Positions 8,728 to 15,879 of a stretch of DNA of 24,000 nt are shown here, piece by piece (position 1 is the stretch's first letter; each line of letters begins with the position of its first letter). The translations under genes were made by a program, and so were the position numbers. The DNA lies in assembly GCF_918814575.1 (NCBI RefSeq), contig NZ_CAKKNS010000001.1:186182-210181 (forward strand). The letters are read 5' to 3'. The notes under the pieces were generated by a model. The model was not told the DNA's origin and did not search any database. It saw nothing but the letters and a program-made list of their open reading frames with translations. Origin of the DNA: Periweissella fabaria (lineage in GTDB: Bacteria > Bacillota > Bacilli > Lactobacillales > Lactobacillaceae).

Positions 8728-8795
8728 GTTTGGTAGCAGTTAATCTGCTAAGATATAAAACGTGTATGGCCCGCTATTAAAGTTATAATGGGACA

Positions 8796-10322
8796 TTATT
8801 TGGTGGCGTCATGGAAACTTGGCGCTGAACCAATATTACCTTTATCGTCAGCTACAGAAGGTGTTGGAGTAGTAAGTTTAGCTGAGCTATTAGCGTGCTT
8901 TTTGGCTTGACGGTTAACCCAAGCTGTCTTGAAAATTAAAATGAAAGCGACATTCATAATTAAACCAATTCCAAAGGCTAAGTAGTATCCCCATGCTGGG
9001 TGAACTAAGCCAATAATTGGATCAAAAACACCAAGACCAGGAGCTAAACGTTCAACACCTAAAGCCATTGAGATGGCACCAGCGATACCACCAGCTAATG
9101 TATTTGCTGCAATCATTGGAATTGGTGCAGCTAAAGCGTATGGAATCGCGGGTTCGGTTGCAACTGTCATCCCAACTAAGAAAGCCGAGATGCTTGATTC
9201 ACGTTCAGGTTTAGTAAAGAGCTTTGGTTTAATCCAGGTTGCGATTGCGGCAGCCATTGGTGGTAGCACTGTTACAACGCCAACAATACCATACCACGTG
9301 TAAACATGAGAGCTTAAAAGTGAAAAGCCAAAGAACCAAGCGGTTTTGTTGATAGGGCCACCCATATCAAATGACAACATTGCACCAATTAGGAAACCAC
9401 CGGCAATTGCGTAAGATGCAGGGATAGTGTGCAAGAAGTTGAGTAAACCAGCCATTAAGCCAGCCATGGCAGGACCAACGAGATAGTAAGTTAAAAGACC
9501 AAAAATTAAAAGTGTAACAAATGGAATAATTAAGAAACCAAGTGTTGATTGGAAAGTTTTGCCTAGTTTAACTTTACGGAAGGCCTTAACGAAGTATCCA
9601 ATAGCTAAACCAATAACGATGGCACCTAAGAAACCGGCACCACCCTTAGTCCCTAAAACGTCGGGTGAATTAGCGAGAAGAGTTACTAGAAAAGCAGGTG
9701 CTAAAGCGGGTTTATCACCGATTGAGTAAGCAATGTATCCTCCCATAATAGGAATCATCATTGTGAAGCCTAATCCTCCAACGGTATTTAAAACCCATGC
9801 TAATGAGGCAATGTGTCCGGGAGTTGGTGCTGTATTAGCGGCCCCAAATTGAACTAAAAGACTCCCAAGAGCCATTAATAATCCACCACCAATTACGAAT
9901 GGCAGGGCAGCTGATACCCCAGCCATTAAGTGACTCATCACGCCATCTGTGTCTTTTTGATCACCTAACTTGACAGGACTTCCACCAGTTGCTTTAAAAA
10001 GGTGTGCTTCACTAGCTAAATTATCAAAAATGGTATTTACCTTTTTTAGGGCTTCTGAGACAGGTAGCTCAATTACTTGTTTACCATCAAAACGCGCTTT
10101 ATCTTCGGTGGTCATTCCTTTACCAAGCGCTAATATGACATAGTCTGCAGTGGCAATTTGATCACTTGTTAGTTTGTTTTCGACCCCGTTAGCACCTTGT
10201 GTTTCAACATGCGCTTCATAACCTAATGATTTTGCTTTTGTTTCAATGGCTTCTGCGACCATATAAGTATGTGCAATTCCGGCTGGACAGTTGGTTACCC
10301 CAACGATTTTTAAATTTGCCAT
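8796..10322 (-). CDS. PTS fructose-family EIIBC component
   Basis: EIIB(Fru) N-terminus MANLKIVGVTNCPAGIAHTYMVAEA with the active-site Cys, then a long polytopic EIIC domain. The ATG at 10322 is preceded by AAGGGGGAA. Confidence 0.9.
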   Translation of the reverse strand: MANLKIVGVTNCPAGIAHTYMVAEAIETKAKSLGYEAHVETQGANGVENKLTSDQIATADYVILALGKGMTTEDKARFDGKQVIELPVSEALKKVNTIFDNLASEAHLFKATGGSPVKLGDQKDTDGVMSHLMAGVSAALPFVIGGGLLMALGSLLVQFGAANTAPTPGHIASLAWVLNTVGGLGFTMMIPIMGGYIAYSIGDKPALAPAFLVTLLANSPDVLGTKGGAGFLGAIVIGLAIGYFVKAFRKVKLGKTFQSTLGFLIIPFVTLLIFGLLTYYLVGPAMAGLMAGLLNFLHTIPASYAIAGGFLIGAMLSFDMGGPINKTAWFFGFSLLSSHVYTWYGIVGVVTVLPPMAAAIATWIKPKLFTKPERESSISAFLVGMTVATEPAIPYALAAPIPMIAANTLAGGIAGAISMALGVERLAPGLGVFDPIIGLVHPAWGYYLAFGIGLIMNVAFILIFKTAWVNRQAKKHANSSAKLTTPTPSVADDKGNIGSAPSFHDATK

Positions 10323-10352
10323 AATCCGTTCCCCCTTGGGCAAGCTATTTAG

Positions 10353-10799
10353 TTATCCAACAATATCATTTAATAATGTAGTAATTTCAGCTTCGGTACC
10401 ATGTTTTAAGGTTTCGATGAACTCAGGATGAACTAACTGACGACTTAACTTGGCCAGGAGTTGTAAGTGCAAACCAGCCTCGGTATCTGGCACAATTAAA
10501 CTCAACCAAGTGTCAACTGGTGCGTCATCAAGTGCTTGCCATTCAACGCCATGATCAGCACGAGCAAATAGAATTGTCGCTTGTTTATTATTACTTGATT
10601 TTGAGTGGGGTATTGCTACGCCATTTCCAAATCCCGTAGTTGATTCTGCTTCGCGTTCTAGATAGTCAGCGACAAGTTGATTGGCATCATTAACGACCCC
10701 AAGTTCGTAAGCCTTAGTGGCTAATTCAGCCAAAACGTCAGCCTGAGTTGTTCCTTTGATATCCATGATAATGTGTGTTGGTTCAAACATGTTGTTCAT
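10353..10799 (-). CDS. PTS EIIA component, fructose/mannitol (EIIA-2) type
   Basis: 148 aa with the GNGVAIPHSKS phospho-His motif. A GGGGG SD lies upstream. First gene of the minus-strand operon. Confidence 0.85.
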   Translation of the reverse strand: MNNMFEPTHIIMDIKGTTQADVLAELATKAYELGVVNDANQLVADYLEREAESTTGFGNGVAIPHSKSSNNKQATILFARADHGVEWQALDDAPVDTWLSLIVPDTEAGLHLQLLAKLSRQLVHPEFIETLKHGTEAEITTLLNDIVG

Positions 10800-10902
10800 A
10801 ATGTGTACCCCCTTTTGATAGGTTAAGAATACAACGTAATTAAAAATCGGTTAATAGGTATTTTGTCACCGATGAGTGCCAAGAACGTATCGAGTGACAC
10901 CA

Positions 10903-10940
10903 ACAAAAAAACAGCGCAGATAAACCTGCGCTGTTTTTGA
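10903..10940 (-). terminator. rho-independent terminator of the lipoprotein gene
   Basis: ACAGCGCAG-N7-CTGCGCTGT stem directly after the stop at 10941. On the minus strand it is followed by U7. Confidence 0.8.
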
Positions 10941-11441
10941 TTACCATTGTTGCGTTACTTTACCATCTTGAGAAACGGTGTAAGCAGCAGAAGGGGCTTT
11001 AGCAGCACCTTGGTAGATGTTGATGTTGAAGACAGTTTCACCGTAAAGGGTTGATGTTCCATTCGCCAATAGTGACACATTGTCGGCACTAGGTCCTAAT
11101 TGGGCCCGCAAAACGTTGACCGCTTGTTCAGGGGTTGTCACCTTACCGCTTGCTTGAGCTTGATTGCTATCAGTCGGTTGTGAGCTACTATTACTACTTG
11201 TTGTAGCAGGGTTGTTAGTTGATGAACTGGCCGCACTTGATGAACTAGCAGAACTACTGTGCGTATCAGGGGTACTAGTTGAACTCGCTGCTTTAGAACT
11301 TGCAGTGGCAGCACTACTAGTTTGTGCTGACGAAGCCGATTGCTTGTTGCTTTCTTTAGCAGTTGTTGAGTGTGGTTGACTGCAACCAGCTAAGACAAAT
11401 AAGAGGCTCGTTGCGGCAATGATACTTAATGTTTTTTTCAT
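10941..11441 (-). CDS. Ser/Thr/Ala-rich lipoprotein, function unknown
   Basis: Signal peptide with lipobox MKKTLSIIAATSLLFVLAGCSQ, a ~90-aa S/A/T low-complexity linker, then a ~60-aa globular C-terminal domain. Confidence 0.8.
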   Translation of the reverse strand: MKKTLSIIAATSLLFVLAGCSQPHSTTAKESNKQSASSAQTSSAATASSKAASSTSTPDTHSSSASSSSAASSSTNNPATTSSNSSSQPTDSNQAQASGKVTTPEQAVNVLRAQLGPSADNVSLLANGTSTLYGETVFNINIYQGAAKAPSAAYTVSQDGKVTQQW

Positions 11442-12081
11442 GAGGATATCCTTGGTATTTATTTAGTTGATGCACATACCTGAATTTTATAGCGACGATA
11501 ATGGTATGCGATCAACTAGGCAATGATTCATAATATTAATGAATGTTGAGTTTTGATTACAATATATATTAATATAGTTTTGGATAATTTTAAAGGGTAA
11601 TTTACGATTTAAACCTAGCTTAGCATTAATATTGGTATATACAATGACATAGTTAATGGCCCTCAAATAATTAGCCATCAGTGTAGTGGAAAGTAGCTCA
11701 TTTTTTGGCGGGATTGACCATCCTTTATTTAAGATATTACACCAAAATTTGAGTGAGCGATAAAGCATCAGCCGGACAAACCGACGATGAAAAAGTGGGA
11801 TTTAATATTTGTGATAATGGAAGGATTACCGTCCTCTTGGAAGCAGCTCAAAGAGGCTAATAATTATTAATTTGCTATACGCAATTTGTTGATGAATAAA
11901 GGTTTTAAGTTTTGTAGTCATTTGCAGGTTTTGCTTGGATTTCCACCACGAATCCGCAGTTGAAAGATGTTGATTGTAGCGTACAAATAAAAACGTAAAT
12001 TAGCTATTAGGATCGTGATTTTAGCCAGTGCAATTAGCCATCAAGCTTGCGGTTAACATTTTATTAATTACTTTAAGAGAA

Positions 12082-12090
12082 TGGTATACT
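12082..12090 (+). promoter_or_regulatory. candidate extended -10 promoter element (TGGTATACT)
   Basis: Motif match only, ~37 nt upstream of the ATG at 12127. It lies inside the longer 12028 ORF and so argues against that start. Confidence 0.35.
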
Positions 12091-12126
12091 GATAGCGATA
12101 TCATATTAATGGGGGGATGCAATAAA

Positions 12127-13134
12127 ATGAGTAAACGAATTTGGTTAGGCGTAGTCGCGTTGAGTAGTGCCGTGCTATTAAGTGCTTGCGGTAGTCAAAA
12201 TGCTACGAGTCAATCAACCAGTCAAAGTACCACAAGTAAGCCAGCGCAAAATCCGACAAAAACGAAAGGCACATTGGCTAACAAGACGGCAAGTTCTACA
12301 AAATCAACTAAAACGACAGGCGCGATGGCGGATGTTAAATTGCCCCAAGTTGCCTGGGATAATCAAAAGCAAGTCGCTTTAGATCGCTTCATGGATAACT
12401 GGGGCCGCAGCTTTAGTCCAGCGCAAGTATATGATAATTTCTATCCGGCCACGAAGGCGACAAGTAATTATATGGGTTATAAGTTTCCCGATGATTTTAG
12501 CCAAAATAATATTGCTGTTAATAATCAGCATGTGAGTGCGAATGTTAGTCCAACCGGGGCCGATAAGTACGATTATAATGTGGTGGCAATCTATTCAGAT
12601 TATCTGACTTTACAGTCACGCGATGTTGCTCACTTGTACTTTATGACTTTGCATCATGGCCAACCAGTGGTGCTCGTTACCGAACAAAATGAAGGAATGC
12701 CTGATCATTTGTTGCACTTTACGCCAACTGCTAATCAGGAATTAATTAATGGCTTTGCCAAGTTAGTTAAAGAACCTAGTCAACCGATTCATAAGCAACC
12801 AGAGCTTACCTATCAAGGGACTAAGTTAGATTATCGTCAGATTGGGGTGATGGCTTACAAATATGCCAATCCGGATGCGACACCACTGGTAAAATATCTG
12901 GGAACCAATCCCCTCGCCAGTTTGGATGTTGTTAATGGTAAATTACACATCGGCACCCGTGAGACCGAAAAAGCAATTGAGTACAGTTACGACCAACACA
13001 GTGTTCACTTGACATGGCCGGATTCTGGAAAAACTGCCACAGTCAGTGTCGCCGATTTAGTCAAAGCAACTTACCACACTGCCGCCCAACAAACCGACGT
13101 TAATACAACGGCCCAAACGATGCCGCTTAGTTAA
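12127..13134 (+). CDS. lipoprotein, DUF4767-like
   Basis: MSKRIWLGVVALSSAVLLSACGSQ lipobox and an S/T/K-rich linker. The segment WDNQKQVALDRFMDNWGRSF resembles the DUF4767 start seen in Lactobacillales lipoproteins (assignment from memory). A GGGGGG SD precedes the ATG at 12127. Confidence 0.7.
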   Translation: MSKRIWLGVVALSSAVLLSACGSQNATSQSTSQSTTSKPAQNPTKTKGTLANKTASSTKSTKTTGAMADVKLPQVAWDNQKQVALDRFMDNWGRSFSPAQVYDNFYPATKATSNYMGYKFPDDFSQNNIAVNNQHVSANVSPTGADKYDYNVVAIYSDYLTLQSRDVAHLYFMTLHHGQPVVLVTEQNEGMPDHLLHFTPTANQELINGFAKLVKEPSQPIHKQPELTYQGTKLDYRQIGVMAYKYANPDATPLVKYLGTNPLASLDVVNGKLHIGTRETEKAIEYSYDQHSVHLTWPDSGKTATVSVADLVKATYHTAAQQTDVNTTAQTMPLS

Positions 13135-13155
13135 ATTTGCCGACTAATTAAAGCT

Positions 13156-13204
13156 AAAAAGATCCCCGCAACTTCATGTTTATTGAAGCGGCGAGGATTT
13201 TTTA
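13156..13204. terminator. bidirectional terminator-like hairpin between convergent genes
   Basis: Imperfect long hairpin GATCC-CCGC..CTTCA-loop-TGAAG-CGGCG-AGGAT, flanked by AAAAA and TTTTTT. Confidence 0.55.
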
Positions 13205-13222
13205 ATGCCGTATTGGAACGTA

Positions 13223-13453
13223 TTATTTACCACGTAATACCTTAATCAGTAAGTTAAGCCAAGCGGCCAGACTAATGATTAAAAAGAGTAACAGGCATGA
13301 AGCGCCGAAGTTAAGACTAGCTTCATGAGCGGTATTGGTGATTTTAAACCACCCGGTAGTAGAAGTACCACCACATAAATAGGTTACGATTGTTAGTAAG
13401 GAAAAAAGCAAGGCAACTAATAATGCCCGCCGTTGAGCTGTTATTTTAAACAT
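13223..13453 (-). CDS. small membrane protein (76 aa, two TM segments)
   Basis: MFKITAQRRALLVALLFSLLTIVTYLCGG...CLLLFLIISLAAWLNLLI. The ATG at 13453 has GAAAGG upstream. The start at 13483 would add 10 non-hydrophobic residues without an SD. Confidence 0.5.
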   Translation of the reverse strand: MFKITAQRRALLVALLFSLLTIVTYLCGGTSTTGWFKITNTAHEASLNFGASCLLLFLIISLAAWLNLLIKVLRGK

Positions 13454-13612
13454 GTGGCATGCCTTTCTGAATGCAATATGCAAAAACTTATGTATTGATT
13501 ATTAATCATAATTAGGTCGTTGATTAATGTCAAGGAACGTATTTAAGGAGGAAGCGCTCCATTTTATTGACATCATAGTACAAAAACCACGCCGCATCAC
13601 CATCCCGAAAAA

Positions 13613-13621
13613 TGGTATGAT
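13613..13621 (+). promoter_or_regulatory. candidate extended -10 promoter element (TGGTATGAT) for the DHH gene
   Basis: Motif match only, ~30 nt upstream of the GTG start at 13651. Confidence 0.35.
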
Positions 13622-13650
13622 AAACATAATACATTTCTGGAGGAACACTT

Positions 13651-14631
13651 GTGACTGAATTACGTTATTTTTCACATACCGACCTTGACGGGGTTATGTC
13701 AGCCGCCGCTTTAATTGCGGGGACTAAGGATCAGTATCCCGATGCTACGATTACTTATTCATTTGAATCAACTGGTTCATTTGGGACCATTGACCGCGCC
13801 ATTACGGATTGGTTAGCGACAGAACCTGAGGCGGCCTACATTGGCATTACCGATTTGACACCATCACCGGATGTCTTGACGGCTCTAGCAACTTACGCCC
13901 ATGACCATCAGTGTGTCGTTGAAGTCATTGACCACCATGCGTCAACTGCGCATTTGGCGACGGATTTTCCATTCATTACGAACTACAATGAGCACACTAA
14001 TGGTAAGCAGACATGTGCCACATCAATGGTTGCTGAGCGCTATCCAGTTGCTGATAATGCCCCGTTGATTATTGAAGCCGTGCGGGAATTAGATACATGG
14101 GATTGGTATAATAAGCCTGATTCGGCATTGACCGCCGAATTGGCCCAAAAGCTGGCCATTGCGGTTAATTTACTAGGGAAAGACGCTTTCATGCAACAAA
14201 TTCCCGCTTTCAATGCGGCCGCTAAGCAAGCACCAACGCCAACTTGTGCCACGATTTTTGGCCCGGTGTTAAATGCGATTATTGATAAGCAATTACTCGA
14301 TGTTGATAAGTATGTCGGTCGTAAAAAAGATGCCGCCGCTTTTATGGACTTACACATTGGTGACCACACATATCATGTTGCCTATGTCCAAGCATCAAAA
14401 AATATGTCAGAAGTTGGTAATATGTTAGCCGAATTACCAGCTGCAGATTTTGGAATTGTCGTGAATGGCAATCGCTTGTCATTACGCAGTAGTGAAGCCG
14501 CTGAAGTTGATTTGGCAACCGTGGCCGCCGCTTTCCAAGGCGGTGGGCACCAACATGCCGCCGGTGGTCGTTTGTTAATTGATTACGCCCAAATTATTCA
14601 AGCTTCCGTTGTGACACCACCAACTAAATAA
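13651..14631 (+). CDS. DHH/DHHA1 family phosphoesterase (NrnA/Pde2-like stand-alone enzyme)
   Basis: Motifs HTDLDG, ITDL, VIDHHAS (DHH) and the C-terminal GGGHQHAAGG (DHHA1). The GTG start is preceded by GGAGGA. Confidence 0.85.
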   Translation: MTELRYFSHTDLDGVMSAAALIAGTKDQYPDATITYSFESTGSFGTIDRAITDWLATEPEAAYIGITDLTPSPDVLTALATYAHDHQCVVEVIDHHASTAHLATDFPFITNYNEHTNGKQTCATSMVAERYPVADNAPLIIEAVRELDTWDWYNKPDSALTAELAQKLAIAVNLLGKDAFMQQIPAFNAAAKQAPTPTCATIFGPVLNAIIDKQLLDVDKYVGRKKDAAAFMDLHIGDHTYHVAYVQASKNMSEVGNMLAELPAADFGIVVNGNRLSLRSSEAAEVDLATVAAAFQGGGHQHAAGGRLLIDYAQIIQASVVTPPTK

Positions 14632-14637
14632 ATGCAC

Positions 14638-14683
14638 TAAAAAACTCTAAGTTGATGTTCAAGCATCGCCTTAGAGTTTTTTT
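14638..14683. terminator. bidirectional rho-independent terminator (DHH gene / citI convergent)
   Basis: AAAAAACTCTAAG...CTTAGAGTTTTTTT: a perfect 8-bp outer stem plus inner GATG/CATC pairing, with flanking A and T runs. Confidence 0.7.
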
Positions 14684-14697
14684 GATTTCACATGTCG

Positions 14698-15645
14698 TTA
14701 AAGGTTTTTTAAGTCATCCAACATCCGGTAGGCCAGTGATTCACTAAAAACAATATCAGTCACTAGTTTGCCTTTCAGAGCACCGATCGTCGTCATCGAT
14801 TTGAACTTACCACGGACAAAACAAAAGCGGGTTGGTACGTGCATGATAGTCTCAAGGTCCAGCCCAAATGTTTTATCATGGTCAACGTTTAAGAACTGGC
14901 CATCAATATCATACGGACGGCCATAGATTAAGCCGGCAACGTTGGGCAAGTCACTTTCAGGGATAATCGCAGTTAAGTTATCATTCCATGGTTCAATTGA
15001 TTGCAATGATTTAAGCGTCCCCAAGCCGGTGATGAGCATATCCATCTGGGAACCCATTGCTAAGGTACTCTTGGTGGCTGGTTCATGGGCCAAGCCAAGG
15101 CGGGTCTGATCATCGAGGATATAGAGGGGAGCTAGTAAGGTGCGAAATTCGCATGAAAACTTCGTGGCCGCTTTTTCGACCATCCGAGTAGAGCCGACCG
15201 TTGAGTGGTATTTCATATTTTCACCAATGAATTGGACGAAGTATGTATCCCGCAACGGAATATTATTGAAGTTATCAATTAAATTATACATTGATTCCCC
15301 CCAGGCTAACCCGAGAACTTGGGGGTTTTGCGCTTGGATAAGTTGTTGGGCAATGTTGGCACTATTTTCGGCTAACCGGTGCATACTTTCAATCTCATCG
15401 GCGGCATCTTTAATAATTGTGAAGTGGACATCGGGGAATTGGGCACTAAATAGTTGCTCCAATTGTTGATTGCGATGTGAGTTTGATTGAATTTCAATAC
15501 GGACTAAGCCGGATTTTAAGCCATCATTGAGATATTTATTGATTAGGTAACGGCTAAGATTATATTTTTTAGAAATTGCCGCAAAAGACGCTTTGTTGAG
15601 GTAGTAGTCTTCAGCCACAGCGACAATTAGTTCATCTTGATTCAT
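14698..15645 (-). CDS. citI: SorC family transcriptional regulator, CitI-type citrate operon activator
   Basis: N-terminal HTH (ASFAAISKKYNLSRYLINKYL) plus a SorC sugar-binding-type C-terminal domain, divergent from the cit operon. The ATG at 15645 (MNQDELIV...) has a GAGG SD. The alternatives at 15663 and 15678 overlap the predicted -10 box, so the start is uncertain by up to 33 nt. Confidence 0.85.
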   Translation of the reverse strand: MNQDELIVAVAEDYYLNKASFAAISKKYNLSRYLINKYLNDGLKSGLVRIEIQSNSHRNQQLEQLFSAQFPDVHFTIIKDAADEIESMHRLAENSANIAQQLIQAQNPQVLGLAWGESMYNLIDNFNNIPLRDTYFVQFIGENMKYHSTVGSTRMVEKAATKFSCEFRTLLAPLYILDDQTRLGLAHEPATKSTLAMGSQMDMLITGLGTLKSLQSIEPWNDNLTAIIPESDLPNVAGLIYGRPYDIDGQFLNVDHDKTFGLDLETIMHVPTRFCFVRGKFKSMTTIGALKGKLVTDIVFSESLAYRMLDDLKNL

Positions 15646-15676
15646 ATTTAAAGGCCTCGTCATATTTGATACTTTC

Positions 15677-15704
15677 ATTGTACAGGATTTTCACAATTTG
15701 TCAG
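15677..15704 (-). promoter_or_regulatory. candidate citI promoter (-35 CTGACA, 16-nt spacer, -10 TACAAT on the minus strand)
   Basis: Motif match only. The -10 is the complement of 15677-15682 and the -35 is the complement of 15699-15704. Confidence 0.35.
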
Positions 15705-15721
15705 TTACAAAATTGGTTTTA

Positions 15722-15776
15722 TTTTAAAATTTTAAAATAAAAAGCCTTTTAAAAAGATTATTTTTAAAATTTAAAA
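15722..15776. promoter_or_regulatory. array of five T(3-4)A4 units, candidate CitI operators
   Basis: TTTTAAAA at 15722, 15730, 15747 and 15762, and TTTAAAA at 15770. They are arranged as doublet, singlet, doublet with centres ~20-21 bp apart, exactly between the two divergent -35 boxes. Confidence 0.5.
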
Positions 15777-15784
15777 CAAAATGC

Positions 15785-15813
15785 TTTACAAAAATGGGCG
15801 GAAGGACTAGAAT
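15785..15813 (+). promoter_or_regulatory. candidate cit operon promoter (-35 TTTACA, 17-nt spacer, -10 TAGAAT)
   Basis: Motif match with canonical spacing, ~67 nt upstream of the citM ATG and directly abutting the T4A4 array. Confidence 0.45.
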
Positions 15814-15879
15814 CAATCTTGTTAAGAAAGTAACAAGCAAAATAAAAAATGCTTTCGTTAAAAGAATCGAGGTTTAAAA

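Noticed and set aside
9017-9303. Two plus-strand ORFs inside the PTS EIIBC gene
   Set aside because: They are antisense to the EIIC membrane domain, have no translation signals, and overlap each other in different frames.
11164-11379. 71-aa plus-strand Leu/Val/Ala-rich ORF and an apparent nucleotide repetitiveness
   Set aside because: It is the antisense image of the Ser/Ala/Thr low-complexity linker of the lipoprotein gene. The repetitiveness is codon-level low complexity (AGC/GCA/ACT runs), not a tandem repeat or CRISPR-like array.
11487-11768. 93-aa minus-strand ORF in the AT-rich gap
   Set aside because: It has no SD, an Asn/Ile/Leu/Tyr-rich composition expected from random AT-rich DNA, and no family resemblance. 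I treated it as non-coding (see the finding on the gap).
12028-12126. N-terminal extensions of several listed ORFs (12028, 2362, 3393, 5213, 8668, 10343, 13483, 15678, 18369, 22335)
   Set aside because: In each case an internal ATG is preceded by a good SD, and the protein then begins with the family-typical N-terminus or a signal peptide. Several extensions also overlap predicted promoter elements.
14040-14369. 109-aa minus-strand ORF inside the DHH gene, and a 109-aa plus-strand ORF (15140..15469) inside citI
   Set aside because: Both are antisense shadow frames of motif-supported genes.
15820-15835. Inverted repeat TGTTA-N6-TAACA downstream of the cit -10 box, considered as a CcpA cre site
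   Set aside because: It lacks the central CG, and its spacing does not fit the WTGNAANCGNWNNCW consensus. It may still be a weak operator, but I cannot call it cre from sequence alone.
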